Source: a virus
Lineage: Duplodnaviria; Caudoviricetes
Reading direction: 5' to 3' (one strand)
Virus record (IMG/VR): IMGVR_UViG_3300020172_002575
Location: 1 to 54,276 of that record
Length of the DNA stretch: 54,276 bases
The notes beneath the pieces were generated by a model. The model did not search any database, was not told the origin of the DNA, and was given only the letters and a program-made list of their open reading frames with translations. How positions within the stretch are numbered: position 1 is the stretch's first letter; each line of letters begins with the position of its first letter. The translations under genes were made by a program, and so were the position numbers. Below, in pieces: positions 19,460 to 28,079 of the stretch.

Positions 19460-19650
19460 ATTATTTTATAGCATTAATGATTGGCGTACTTGCACTAACC
19501 AGTGTTTATGCAGCCGAAGAAAAGAAGGTCTGTGTTAAAGAATTTGATAACAAGACCAAGAAAGAAAAAGAAGTTTGCAAAACAATCAAGGTTCACAAGA
19601 AACTAGAAGGAACCAAAATTGAAGATGCAAAAAAAGACTCAAAGAAATAA
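19456..19650 (+). CDS. Small secreted basic protein
   Basis: Signal peptide (..VYA-A); two Cys; Lys-rich. Confidence 0.65.
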   Translation: MNYFIALMIGVLALTSVYAAEEKKVCVKEFDNKTKKEKEVCKTIKVHKKLEGTKIEDAKKDSKK

Positions 19651-19668
19651 TCAGTAATACAACAAATT

Positions 19669-19707
19669 AACGGTCAATGCTCTAAAGTGTTGACCGTTTT
19701 TCTTTTG
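19669..19707 (+). terminator. Intrinsic terminator after the lysis cassette
   Basis: AACGGTCAATGC pairs with GTGTTGACCGTT, followed by a T-rich tail. Confidence 0.78.
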
Positions 19708-19718
19708 TAGTGTATACT
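19690..19718 (+). promoter_or_regulatory. Sigma70-type promoter for dnaJ
   Basis: TTGACC, 17 bp spacer, TATACT. Confidence 0.72.
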
Positions 19719-19726
19719 AACTGTCT

Positions 19727-20593
19727 ATGACCCATTACGCAACCTTAGGTGTAGTCGAGAATGCTACCCAGGATGAAATTAAAAAGGCCTATCGCAAGTT
19801 GGCCATGCAACATCATCCTGACAAAGGTGGAGATACTAACAAGTTCCAAGAAATCCAATCAGCCTACGATACTATAGGCGATGAACAGAAACGAGCCCAA
19901 TACGATGCAGAACGTAGAGGCGGTGGTGTTAGATTTAATGTCAATGGCCAAGATTTTGGTGGCGGTATGCCACCGGGCATGGAAGATATGTTGCGTAATT
20001 TTGGATTTGCGTTTGGTCCTGGTTTTGCCGGACAAAATGGAGATCCGTTTGGGGCTTTTAGGCAACCAAGGCGTAATAAAGATATTCAAGTTGATATTGT
20101 GGTTCCGCTTTCAACTACACTAAGTGATCAACAAAAAACAATAAGCATACAAACAACAAACGGTGGTCGGCAAGCAGTTGATGTACGAATTCCACGGGGC
20201 GTAAGATCAAATACTACTATCAAATATCCCAATTTGGGCGACAACTTTTTTGAAAGTTTACCTAGAGGAGATTTATTTGTACGAGTACATGTTGAAAATG
20301 ATCCAAAGTTTCAGACTGAAAACTTAGATCTAATTTACTCTATAGATATAGATTGCATACGTGCAATAGTAGGTGATCAAATTACAGTAATTGGTATAGA
20401 TGGCAAACAATTTGAATTAACTATCCCTCCGGGCACTCAACCAGGTACTAAATTTAGAATAGCAAATCAAGGACTATATGCAATGAACCAAAATATTAGG
20501 GGTTCATTGCTGATATCTGTTAAAATAACTATACCAACTCATTTTACTGATGAGCAAAAACAAACTCTTAAAGATCTATTTTTCATTCACTAA
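19727..20593 (+). CDS. dnaJ: DnaJ/CbpA-type co-chaperone
   Basis: J-domain with HPD, G/F-rich region, C-terminal domain, no Zn finger. Confidence 0.92.
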   Translation: MTHYATLGVVENATQDEIKKAYRKLAMQHHPDKGGDTNKFQEIQSAYDTIGDEQKRAQYDAERRGGGVRFNVNGQDFGGGMPPGMEDMLRNFGFAFGPGFAGQNGDPFGAFRQPRRNKDIQVDIVVPLSTTLSDQQKTISIQTTNGGRQAVDVRIPRGVRSNTTIKYPNLGDNFFESLPRGDLFVRVHVENDPKFQTENLDLIYSIDIDCIRAIVGDQITVIGIDGKQFELTIPPGTQPGTKFRIANQGLYAMNQNIRGSLLISVKITIPTHFTDEQKQTLKDLFFIH

Positions 20594-20595
20594 AT

Positions 20596-22890
20596 ATGGA
20601 TATGCTACAGACCAATCCCGAAATTGATCATGTTATCGAAGAAGCAACACAGTTGGCCATCAAGTTAAGCCATGAATATGTAACGCTCGAACATGTATTT
20701 TTGTCAATGGTTAGATATGAACCATTTAAAGATTTACTTGTTAACTATGGCACAGATGTAGATGCCTTAGAAAATGATTTAGATGCATATCTTCTTTCTC
20801 AAATTGATTTGATTAGTGGCGAAGGAGACCCTAAAAAAACACATGCATTGGAACGTGTTTTTAATAGAGCGTTTACTCAAGTACTATTCAGCGCACGTAC
20901 TCACATAACTTTGATTGACTTGTTTTTAAGTATACATGCCGAAAACAACAGTTATGCACATTATTTTATGATCAAATATGGTCTTGAACGTGCTAAACTT
21001 GTTGAATTATATAATAAATCTTACAAGAATGATAGTAATAAAACCATTACAGATACATCCAGGGCAGATAAAGTACTAGAGCATTTTTGTACCAATCTTA
21101 ATAGGTTAGCTACAGAAGGAAAAATTGATCCTGTCATTGGTAGAAATTTTGAAACAAATGAAATCGTTGAAGTACTTGCACGTAGAAATAAAAATAATGT
21201 ATTGTTAATCGGCGACCCGGGAGTTGGTAAGACTGCTATTGCCGAAGGCCTAGCTTTGTCAATTACACTAAAAACTGTACCCGACTATTTGCATGACTAT
21301 ACTGTTTATAATCTTGACATTGGTACAATACTTGCAGGCAGCAAGTATAGAGGAGATTTTGAAGAAAAAATTCAAGAGATCATTACTGCACTGACAGTAA
21401 AAGGTAAAGCAATATTGTTTATTGACGAGGCACATCAGATGCGTGGAGCCGGATCTGGAAGTCAGAGTGGTCCGGACTTTAGCAACATGATCAAACCAGC
21501 CTTGGCCAAAGGACGTATCAAAGTAATTGCCAGTACAACCTGGGAAGAGTATACACAGACCTTTGAGAAAGATCGTGCTCTAATGCGCCGATTCCAACGT
21601 ATTACTGTTGATGAGCCAAGTCCTGCTGTGGCCAAAGATATTCTACACGGATTGCGATCTCACTTTGAAAAATTCCATAATGGAACAATAACTGATGGTG
21701 CAATTGAAGCCGCAGTTGACCTTAGTGTACGATACCAAACTGATAAAAAACTTCCTGACAAAGCTATTGATTTAATTGACATTTGCTGTGCTAGACACAA
21801 AATTAATTCCGCCGACTGGACAATTGTGCGAAATGATATTGTCAGTGCAATTAGCAAAATGACTAAAATTCCTGTAGAACAAATTGGTACAACAGAAAAT
21901 TCCAAAGGAATAGAAAATTTAGAAACAAAAATAAAAGACAAACTGTTTGGACAGGATCAAGCAATCGAATCTGTTCTGGAAAAAATCTATGTCAGCAGAG
22001 CAGGGTTAAAAGCAATTAACAAACCAGTTGGCAACTTCTTGTTCCTGGGTCCAACTGGTACTGGTAAAACAGAACTGGCTAAATTACTGGCAGAAAATCT
22101 TGGCATGAAGCTGATGCGGTATGACATGAGCGAATATCAGGAGCGACATGCTGTAGCAAAACTGATTGGTGCTCCACCCGGCTATGTAGGCTATGATGAT
22201 GGTAATCTTGGCGGCGGATTGTTAATTAGTGATATTGAAAAAAATCCCAACTCAATTATATTAATGGATGAAATTGAAAAAGCACATCCTGACGTGAGTA
22301 ATATTTTATTGCAGATGATGGATGAAGGTACTATTACATCATCTAATGGTAAAAAAGCAGATTGCAGAAACTCTATAATTGTGTTAACATCTAACCTAGG
22401 CGCAGCAGACAATGAAAAACACACTATTGGTTTTACCACTGCATTAGAAAAAAGCGGCGAAGATGACAAAGCAGTCAAAGACTTCTTTAAACCAGAATTT
22501 AGAAATAGACTAGATGGTGTTGTTAAGTTTAACAAGCTTGATCAATTGAGTATGAGAAAAATTGTTAACAAATTTGTTAGCGACCTCAATGATCTGTTGC
22601 AGGATAAACAGCTACGAGTCAGACTGACAGAAAAAGCAGTCGATGAACTGGTAGTAAATGGATTTGATACTAAAATGGGCGCAAGACCGCTACAAAGAAA
22701 AATCAACGATGTCATAAAAGTTCCATTGAGTAAAAAAATATTGTTTGAAAATATAGCATCAGGAACAACTATAATTGTAGATTTTGCCAATAAAGAATTT
22801 GTTTTTCAACCGGTAGAAACCTCAAACCTTCAACATAGAATAGACGAAAATGGATACATTGTTCTGGAAGAACCTATCTCCGAATATTGA
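20596..22890 (+). CDS. clpA: ClpA-type AAA+ ATPase
   Basis: Clp N-domain, GDPGVGKT and GPTGTGKT Walker A motifs, GAPPGYVG pore loop, IGF loop, no ClpB middle domain; start may be ATG 20602. Confidence 0.9.
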   Translation: MDMLQTNPEIDHVIEEATQLAIKLSHEYVTLEHVFLSMVRYEPFKDLLVNYGTDVDALENDLDAYLLSQIDLISGEGDPKKTHALERVFNRAFTQVLFSARTHITLIDLFLSIHAENNSYAHYFMIKYGLERAKLVELYNKSYKNDSNKTITDTSRADKVLEHFCTNLNRLATEGKIDPVIGRNFETNEIVEVLARRNKNNVLLIGDPGVGKTAIAEGLALSITLKTVPDYLHDYTVYNLDIGTILAGSKYRGDFEEKIQEIITALTVKGKAILFIDEAHQMRGAGSGSQSGPDFSNMIKPALAKGRIKVIASTTWEEYTQTFEKDRALMRRFQRITVDEPSPAVAKDILHGLRSHFEKFHNGTITDGAIEAAVDLSVRYQTDKKLPDKAIDLIDICCARHKINSADWTIVRNDIVSAISKMTKIPVEQIGTTENSKGIENLETKIKDKLFGQDQAIESVLEKIYVSRAGLKAINKPVGNFLFLGPTGTGKTELAKLLAENLGMKLMRYDMSEYQERHAVAKLIGAPPGYVGYDDGNLGGGLLISDIEKNPNSIILMDEIEKAHPDVSNILLQMMDEGTITSSNGKKADCRNSIIVLTSNLGAADNEKHTIGFTTALEKSGEDDKAVKDFFKPEFRNRLDGVVKFNKLDQLSMRKIVNKFVSDLNDLLQDKQLRVRLTEKAVDELVVNGFDTKMGARPLQRKINDVIKVPLSKKILFENIASGTTIIVDFANKEFVFQPVETSNLQHRIDENGYIVLEEPISEY

Positions 22891-23572
22891 AATTTTATCA
22901 TCATCTAAACAGTTTTATAATCAATATTACTATAGACTTAATGTGTATGCGCCTGGCTGTAAAAGTATTAAGTGCGAGAATGTAGCTCTTGATATTGATA
23001 AACGCAAAGACTGGGTACGAGATTACAAACGTCAGGGTTCGTGGTATAATAAACAGTTATACAATCATCTCAAACAAGCAGATATTGGATTTTTAAGTAG
23101 TCTTAAAGACCTTTATTATGAATATCCTGATATTAAAATACGTACAGAAGAACCAAAAATTTCTATATATGCTACTGATGAGTTAATGATTCAATCAGTG
23201 GCACGATCAATTGATGCTGATTATAGAGATAAAATTATCGATATTACTGGCCCTGAAAATGAGGAAGTTAAAGCGATCTTAGACAAAAATGTTATTTTGG
23301 TTAAAAAGCCTCCAAAATATCGATATAGAATTTGGTTTAAAGAAAAACAGTTCACGTTTGATACTAGGACTCAAATACTTGCTTACTTAGAGAGTTTGGG
23401 CGATCTAGTCAGGGTCAACAATCATACTCAAGAAAGTTTGAGCAGGCCTCATGACTGGATGTGGGGCGGCTATTTTTATTCAAATGACAAACATGTGGCT
23501 ACATTTATTACCCTTATTAACCCAGACATAATTAGAGAAGTTTCAGAGCTGGTTTGCTTGGATAATAAATAA
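22850..23572 (+). CDS. Hypothetical protein
   Basis: 240-aa ORF. Confidence 0.75.
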   Translation: MDTLFWKNLSPNIEILSSSKQFYNQYYYRLNVYAPGCKSIKCENVALDIDKRKDWVRDYKRQGSWYNKQLYNHLKQADIGFLSSLKDLYYEYPDIKIRTEEPKISIYATDELMIQSVARSIDADYRDKIIDITGPENEEVKAILDKNVILVKKPPKYRYRIWFKEKQFTFDTRTQILAYLESLGDLVRVNNHTQESLSRPHDWMWGGYFYSNDKHVATFITLINPDIIREVSELVCLDNK

Positions 23573-23595
23573 TACTATTATTCAAGGAAGCCCAA

Positions 23596-23766
23596 ATGGC
23601 CAAGATACATGAAGAGGTAATTGTTATTACCATAAGCAAACTAGTAAAAGACTCTGATGCGACAGATGCACCTGACCTTGCCAACAGCGAGATCATTGCA
23701 GCTTTAGGATCAGTAGCAGAAGAATTATTTGGCAACGGTGTTGTTGTCGAAGTAAACAAAGCTTAA
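23596..23766 (+). CDS. Hypothetical 56-aa protein (not in ORF track)
   Basis: TAAATA at 23566-23571, AAGGA SD, MAKIHEEVIVITISKLVKD...VEVNKA. Confidence 0.7.
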   Translation: MAKIHEEVIVITISKLVKDSDATDAPDLANSEIIAALGSVAEELFGNGVVVEVNKA

Positions 23767-23792
23767 TCAAAATTTAACCAAGAGAGAAATCA

Positions 23793-24731
23793 ATGACTAA
23801 AAAAGTAATTGGAGACAATGCGTCCACACAAGCCGATGCTGTAGCTGCAATCAAAGCAGCAGCAGAACAGAGACAACAATCCACGCCGCAACAGGATGCT
23901 GTTTCGTTAATCAAACAAGCGGCTGCACAACGAGCCAATCAACAGGCTCAGCCACAAGGTACACCGTTTGATTTTACCAAATGTCATTTGCACATTGGTA
24001 TGCCTTGCTATGGTGGCAATGTCAGTGAGCCAACAATGACTTCGTTGTTGCGTTTTATCTTGATGGCCCAACAAGTAGGTTTGAACTGGTCGCTAGATAC
24101 CATGGTCAATGAAAGCTTGGTTACACGAGCTCGTAATAATCTTATGGCCAAGATGATGACCAATCAGGCAGCTACACATTTTATGTTTATTGATGCAGAT
24201 ATTCGATTCCAACCAGAATCAATTTTGCAAATGATGGCCTGTGATAAGGATGTTATTGGTGGTCTATATCCTAAAAAAGCACTGCCGGTCAACTATGTTA
24301 TTAATTTAAAGCCTGAAACCAAAGTACAAGGTGATATCTTTACAGTAGATACTATGGGCACTGGCTTCTTGATGTTTAAACGAGATGTATATGTAAAATT
24401 GTGTGCTGCACATCCTGAATGCAAATACGTGGATGATGTAGGTTTAGGTAAACAGTACGAACCTACTATGTATAGTATTTTTGATGTTGCCATCGATGCC
24501 AAGGGACATTATCTAAGCGAAGATTGGTTGTTCTGTCGTAGATGGAGTGCGCTAGGTGGCGAGATCTGGGCACACGGTAAAGTACTATTGAATCACATTG
24601 GGCATTATGAATTTGTTGGTGATCTCGCTAAGATGCCACAATTTGGGCAACCAGTTAATCCGGACGCTGCTCCTGGTGCCCCACGTGCTCTTCAAGATGC
24701 AATTCAAATGGCACAAAAGGCTCCGGCATGA
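23793..24731 (+). CDS. GT-A fold glycosyltransferase-like protein
   Basis: MPCYGG, LVTRARN, FIDADI (DxD), GTGFLM and SEDWLFC motifs; Q/A-rich N-terminus. Confidence 0.75.
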   Translation: MTKKVIGDNASTQADAVAAIKAAAEQRQQSTPQQDAVSLIKQAAAQRANQQAQPQGTPFDFTKCHLHIGMPCYGGNVSEPTMTSLLRFILMAQQVGLNWSLDTMVNESLVTRARNNLMAKMMTNQAATHFMFIDADIRFQPESILQMMACDKDVIGGLYPKKALPVNYVINLKPETKVQGDIFTVDTMGTGFLMFKRDVYVKLCAAHPECKYVDDVGLGKQYEPTMYSIFDVAIDAKGHYLSEDWLFCRRWSALGGEIWAHGKVLLNHIGHYEFVGDLAKMPQFGQPVNPDAAPGAPRALQDAIQMAQKAPA

Positions 24732-24740
24732 GGATGAATT

Positions 24741-25223
24741 ATGGATGAAAAAGAAATATTAGCCTTTAAAATAGGACTAAGTGGAACTTCTGATAAAAAA
24801 CAAACAGAATTTAAAATAAGTATCAACGGAGATACGGTTGTACATAGTAAATTAACTAAACAGCCAAACGAAACCGAATATTTTGAATTTACTTACGAAA
24901 TATCAGAAGGCGACAACAACTTAGAAATTAGTCTACTTAACAAGGGATTTGGTGATACTGTAATCGACAACGAAGGAAACATCGTTGGTGATATGTTATT
25001 AAATATTGATTCAATTGAAATTGATGAGATTGATTTAGGATCACTTAAATGGACTCTAAGCGAATATCACCCTATATATCCTGAACGTTATCGCGCAGAA
25101 GCTAGAAAACGCGGTGATGAATTATCTTCACCTGTTAAAAATTGTGTAAACTTAGGGTGGAATGGTACTTGGAAATTACCGTTTACAAGCCCTTTCTACA
25201 TTTGGTTGCTAGAGAACATTTAA
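24741..25223 (+). CDS. Hypothetical beta-rich protein
   Basis: ORF ending NLGWNGTW...PFYIWLLE. Confidence 0.75.
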   Translation: MDEKEILAFKIGLSGTSDKKQTEFKISINGDTVVHSKLTKQPNETEYFEFTYEISEGDNNLEISLLNKGFGDTVIDNEGNIVGDMLLNIDSIEIDEIDLGSLKWTLSEYHPIYPERYRAEARKRGDELSSPVKNCVNLGWNGTWKLPFTSPFYIWLLENI

Positions 25224-25252
25224 GCTAAATACAGCAATATAATGGAAAACCC

Positions 25253-26158
25253 ATGTTTATTGCTGATTTATTTGAAAGTTATGTAGCAGAAGCCGGCCCG
25301 CAGTTGGTTGTACTATACCCGGGTCGGTTTCAGCCTTTTCATTTAGGGCACAGAGAAGTATTCCAAAGCCTACAAAGCAAGTTTGGGCGCGATAGTGTCT
25401 ATATTGCAACTAGCAATAAAACCGAACTTCCAAAAAGTCCTTTTAATTTCAGCGACAAATCAGTACTCATGCATGCAGCTGGTATACCCAGTGATCGCAT
25501 AATTGAAGTTACTAATCCTTATAAACTCCCTGAACCTCAGTTTAATCCCGCCAATACTATTTTTATAGCGGCAGTAGGTGCACCTGATAGAGATAGGCTG
25601 CGCCCTGACAGTGTTAAAAAAGATGGTACTCCGGGGTATTTTAAATCATTCGAAAGCTTGGATAAATGTGCCACGGCCGACAAGCATGGTTATGTGATTA
25701 TAGCTGACGAGAGACAAAAAGTAATTACAATAAATGGTCAGCAAATAGATGTAAGTCATGGAACTCCATCAAGAGCAGCATGGAACGCGGTAAGAGACAA
25801 CCCTCAAGGTAGATCAGAATATCTACTACAAATGTACGGTAGAGATGATTCTGAATTGGGCCGTATACTTGATAAAATTCCACAAACTGTCAATGAGGAA
25901 GCAGCCGGAGTTGGCGTAGTTAAAAACAGCAAGGATCCACGTTATGTCATGGCCACAATGGGCAACGACAACGATGTAAATGCTGCTACACTTCCTAAGA
26001 TGATGGCCGGATTTCATTTAACAAAAAAATATAAAAAACTTAAAGAAGAAATGGATGTTTTAAAAGAAAAATGGTCAGCAAAATATAAACGTAGTATCAA
26101 CTGTAATAGTCCCAAAGGATTCAGTCAGAAAGCGCATTGTCAAGGTAGGAAAAAATAA
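25253..26158 (+). CDS. Cytidyltransferase-like (HxGH) nucleotidyltransferase with C-terminal head-protein-like modules
   Basis: YPGRFQPFHLGH and SPFNF motifs; TAAATA at 25226-25231; tail KWSAKYKRSINC..PKGFSQKAHC. Confidence 0.8.
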   Translation: MFIADLFESYVAEAGPQLVVLYPGRFQPFHLGHREVFQSLQSKFGRDSVYIATSNKTELPKSPFNFSDKSVLMHAAGIPSDRIIEVTNPYKLPEPQFNPANTIFIAAVGAPDRDRLRPDSVKKDGTPGYFKSFESLDKCATADKHGYVIIADERQKVITINGQQIDVSHGTPSRAAWNAVRDNPQGRSEYLLQMYGRDDSELGRILDKIPQTVNEEAAGVGVVKNSKDPRYVMATMGNDNDVNAATLPKMMAGFHLTKKYKKLKEEMDVLKEKWSAKYKRSINCNSPKGFSQKAHCQGRKK

Positions 26159-26466
26159 TGTTTCACAGGCAATTACGCTTTGATGTACATTGTCATTGGA
26201 GCGGCGAACCACCTGTGTATAGAATATATGTAGACGATGACTTAATTACCGAACGCACTTTTGGATACGCAGGTTATGACTATTTTATACAAGAAAATGT
26301 AGTGTGCGATTTAGCACCAGGTGTTCATTGTGTTAGACTTGAAAATTGTTCTGATAGTGGTAATTTTCAATTGCTTAAATTAAGAGTAAACAATCAAGAA
26401 ATGCCCAAACAACCAGGCAAAGACGGCTACGACAACAAACAGTGGACCTTTGCTTGCAACTACTAA
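26158..26466 (+). CDS. Hypothetical protein
   Basis: Coupled ORF; PPVYRIYVDDDLITERTF. Confidence 0.72.
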   Translation: MFHRQLRFDVHCHWSGEPPVYRIYVDDDLITERTFGYAGYDYFIQENVVCDLAPGVHCVRLENCSDSGNFQLLKLRVNNQEMPKQPGKDGYDNKQWTFACNY

Positions 26467-26491
26467 ATATTAAATATGGTAAGGTAAAGAT

Positions 26492-27301
26492 ATGAAAACA
26501 ACAGAATTTGTAGTAGAAAACAGTATTATTGCTCAAGAAGCAGATGACATGCATCGTGATCACGAAGTACAAATGGCACGTAGTCAAATGTACAGCGCAG
26601 CACAAGCAGCAATTGAGATCCATCGCTTGTTAAGAGATATCAGCGAGATGGAAGGTCTTGAAGGTTGGGTACAAAGTAAACTAACTCTTGCTAGCCAATA
26701 CTTGGAAAGCGTTAGAGATTACATGAAGTACGAAGATGTCAGTCAAGACACAGAATTGATGCCATTTGCTGAAGGTGCCGCCAATTATGCACTAGACAAA
26801 TTATTAGTCGAAAAGGCAAATAAAAAAATGAAAGAGGCCACTACTGGTCCAACCATTGGCGGCGTTTCACAAACCACAAACGACGACGGTACAACTACCA
26901 CAAATTATAATCAAGGTCCAATGAGTGCGTCAAGTACTAATCGTCCCACTGGCACTGTAAAAACTGCTGCATATGATTTGGGACCTGCGGGTTCAGTTAG
27001 TACTACCACAGGCCCTATGCTTGGTGGAGCACAAGGCAAAGGGAACCAAGTATCAAGCATCACAAATGCACAAGGAAAAACAACAAGCATTGTTGGTAAA
27101 CCCGGTGCACAAGACATCAATCAAGCATTAAATGAAAAAAATAAAAAATTAAAAGAGACGGCCAGTGCTGGTGCAAGTGGTGCCAGTGGTATTGCAACAA
27201 GTGTAGCTGGTCCTGCTAGCAAGCCTGGTACAGGTAAGCCTAAGACTATTGCCAACGCACACAAACCAAAAAAAGTTAGTGTAGGTAAAGGCGTTTACTA
27301 A
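26492..27301 (+). CDS. Putative head-internal/core protein
   Basis: Two TAAATA upstream (26464, 26471); N-terminus MKTTEFVVE resembles the T4 capsid-targeting sequence; repeated hydrophobic-x-E junctions. Confidence 0.6.
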   Translation: MKTTEFVVENSIIAQEADDMHRDHEVQMARSQMYSAAQAAIEIHRLLRDISEMEGLEGWVQSKLTLASQYLESVRDYMKYEDVSQDTELMPFAEGAANYALDKLLVEKANKKMKEATTGPTIGGVSQTTNDDGTTTTNYNQGPMSASSTNRPTGTVKTAAYDLGPAGSVSTTTGPMLGGAQGKGNQVSSITNAQGKTTSIVGKPGAQDINQALNEKNKKLKETASAGASGASGIATSVAGPASKPGTGKPKTIANAHKPKKVSVGKGVY

Positions 27302-28077
27302 TGAGCAACATGCGTGATCTACTTGAAAAGATGAATACGTTTGCTGGCAAACAAGTTGGTCAAAAACCTGGCGACCAAGTACGTGGCAGCGAGCCTATGC
27401 CCAAGAAGGGCGGTGGTAAAAAGCACCCTTATGCTGGTAGATTGGTTGGCACCGACGAAAGCTCAGACAATTTATTAAAAGAACTAACACAAGTAATCAA
27501 CAGCGATCCTGTCAAAAGAGATCTGTTTAACGAATGGCAAGAGTATAAAGAAGGTTTTGAAGACTCAGTTAAATCCGCAGCTGACAAAATTGTTTCTGCT
27601 GGTAGTGCTACTCGAGATGCACTTGCTGGTGTAGTAAGTACTATCCCTAGTATCCCAAGACCGTTTGACGAAAAAGAAGTAGCCAAAGATCTATCACAAA
27701 TAAAAAGCACACAACCTAAAACTAGCTGGCGCAACACTGATAAAAAAATGCAAGAAGATGATGTAGTAGCCGAGTGGGGTGCAGCCGGTACAGCAGTAGG
27801 TCCAGGCAATGATGATGCTGACCCAGTTGAAATTGCTGCACAACGAGCACAGCAGGTTGCAGGCAAACAAGATCAACAAAATCAAGTCGCCGGATTGATT
27901 GCACAAGTAAATGGTGCTAGATCAGAACTAGCCGGCCTTAACAAACAGTTCCCGCAAGGAGCCAATCCTGTGGAAAAAGCCATGAGTCTACAACAAATGC
28001 AAGGACAACGAGTAGCATTAGGTAGACAAATAGAAGACCTCATGAGTCAAGTAGCATCACTAAGATCACAGGCGTAA
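27301..28077 (+). CDS. Putative head-internal protein
   Basis: Modular and hydrophilic; HPYAGRLVG..E; VAE junction. Confidence 0.55.
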   Translation: MSNMRDLLEKMNTFAGKQVGQKPGDQVRGSEPMPKKGGGKKHPYAGRLVGTDESSDNLLKELTQVINSDPVKRDLFNEWQEYKEGFEDSVKSAADKIVSAGSATRDALAGVVSTIPSIPRPFDEKEVAKDLSQIKSTQPKTSWRNTDKKMQEDDVVAEWGAAGTAVGPGNDDADPVEIAAQRAQQVAGKQDQQNQVAGLIAQVNGARSELAGLNKQFPQGANPVEKAMSLQQMQGQRVALGRQIEDLMSQVASLRSQA

Positions 28078-28079
28078 TT

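Noticed and set aside
20596-22890. ClpB disaggregase call
   Set aside because: No coiled-coil middle domain, and an IGF ClpP-docking loop is present, so it is ClpA-type.
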